Shown here: positions 63,738 to 64,000 of the stretch, piece after piece
Layout of the letters: each line of letters starts with the position of its first letter
How positions within the stretch are numbered: the stretch's first letter is position 1
Assembly: GCA_050916035.1 (NCBI GenBank)
Contig: CP050876.1
Span: forward strand, 700,727-764,726
DNA from: Vampirovibrio sp.
GTDB lineage: Bacteria; Cyanobacteriota; Vampirovibrionia; Vampirovibrionales; JAJTHC01
DNA: 64,000 bases
Reading direction: 5' to 3'
Notes under the pieces: generated by a model
Seen by the model: the letters and a program-made list of their open reading frames with translations, nothing else
What the model was told of the DNA's origin: nothing
Databases searched by the model: none
Position numbers and translations under genes: made by a program

Positions 63738-64000
63738 ATGATGTCTATTCAAGTCAATACCAACGTGCAGTCTTTAAATGCACAGCGCTTACTCTCTAAA
63801 AACGGGATGATGCTGAGTAAGTCTTTTGAAAAGTTAGCCTCGGGCTTTAAGATCAACCGCGCTTCCGATGATGCGGCGGGTTTTCAGATTTCTGAAGGCT
63901 TGCGTTCTCAGATTCGTGGGAGCCAAAAGGCGGCGGATAATGTTCAGGATGCGATTAATGTGATTAATATGGCAGACGGTACGATGAGTACCATTGTCGA
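63738..64000 (+). CDS. fliC: Flagellin, N-terminal 87 codons (continues beyond the window end)
   Basis: Own translation: MMSIQVNTNVQSLNAQRLLSKNGMMLSKSFEKLASGFKINRASDDAAGFQISEGLRSQIRGSQKAADNVQDAINVINMADGTMSTIV, the canonical flagellin N-domain. RBS aaggaa upstream. Confidence 0.9.
   Translation, partial: MMSIQVNTNVQSLNAQRLLSKNGMMLSKSFEKLASGFKINRASDDAAGFQISEGLRSQIRGSQKAADNVQDAINVINMADGTMSTIV

Overview
Bacterial chromosomal window, mid-40s % G+C by eye. The organism is diderm and flagellated, judging from TolC-type outer-membrane factors, SecDF, the FlgC rod protein and flagellin; I cannot name it from sequence alone. I support about 50 protein genes. Most are housekeeping: ileS, mnmE, mnmA, rlmN, fabZ, nadA, rpsT, prmA, rsmE, a CCA/poly(A) polymerase-family enzyme, tal, icd, ugd, secDF, erpA/nfu and gatD. 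There are also two heavy-metal-type RND efflux loci, a GGDEF cyclase, tRNA-Cys(GCA), tRNA-Lys(UUU) and one intact IS5-family insertion sequence with a programmed -1 frameshift. No CRISPR array, rRNA or prophage was seen. Unusual content: (1) a modular interspersed repeat made of three hairpins, present in 5 intergenic copies, with a terminal 10-bp stem that is invariant while its loop differs in every copy. (2) A 494-aa protein combining an N-terminal zinc ribbon, a roughly 190-aa RGG/GGYQ low-complexity array encoded by 48-bp tandem repeats, a duplicated helical domain and a C-terminal AT-hook; it sits next to a 720-bp very AT-rich gene-free tract. (3) About 138-bp mosaic inverted repeats bracketing a 2.8-kb segment that holds a solitary flgC, two unknown small genes and erpA/nfu, with the IS5 abutting the left arm. 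(4) A large beta-helix repeat gene split by a +1 frameshift in an A8 tract. (5) A 1430-aa UvrD-like helicase with a ~700-aa N-terminal extension, coupled to a stand-alone Fe-S PD-(D/E)XK nuclease. (6) A 1281-aa STAND-like protein whose cyclase-homology domain and P-loop both look catalytically dead. All functional calls rest on my own motif recognition; no database search was run.
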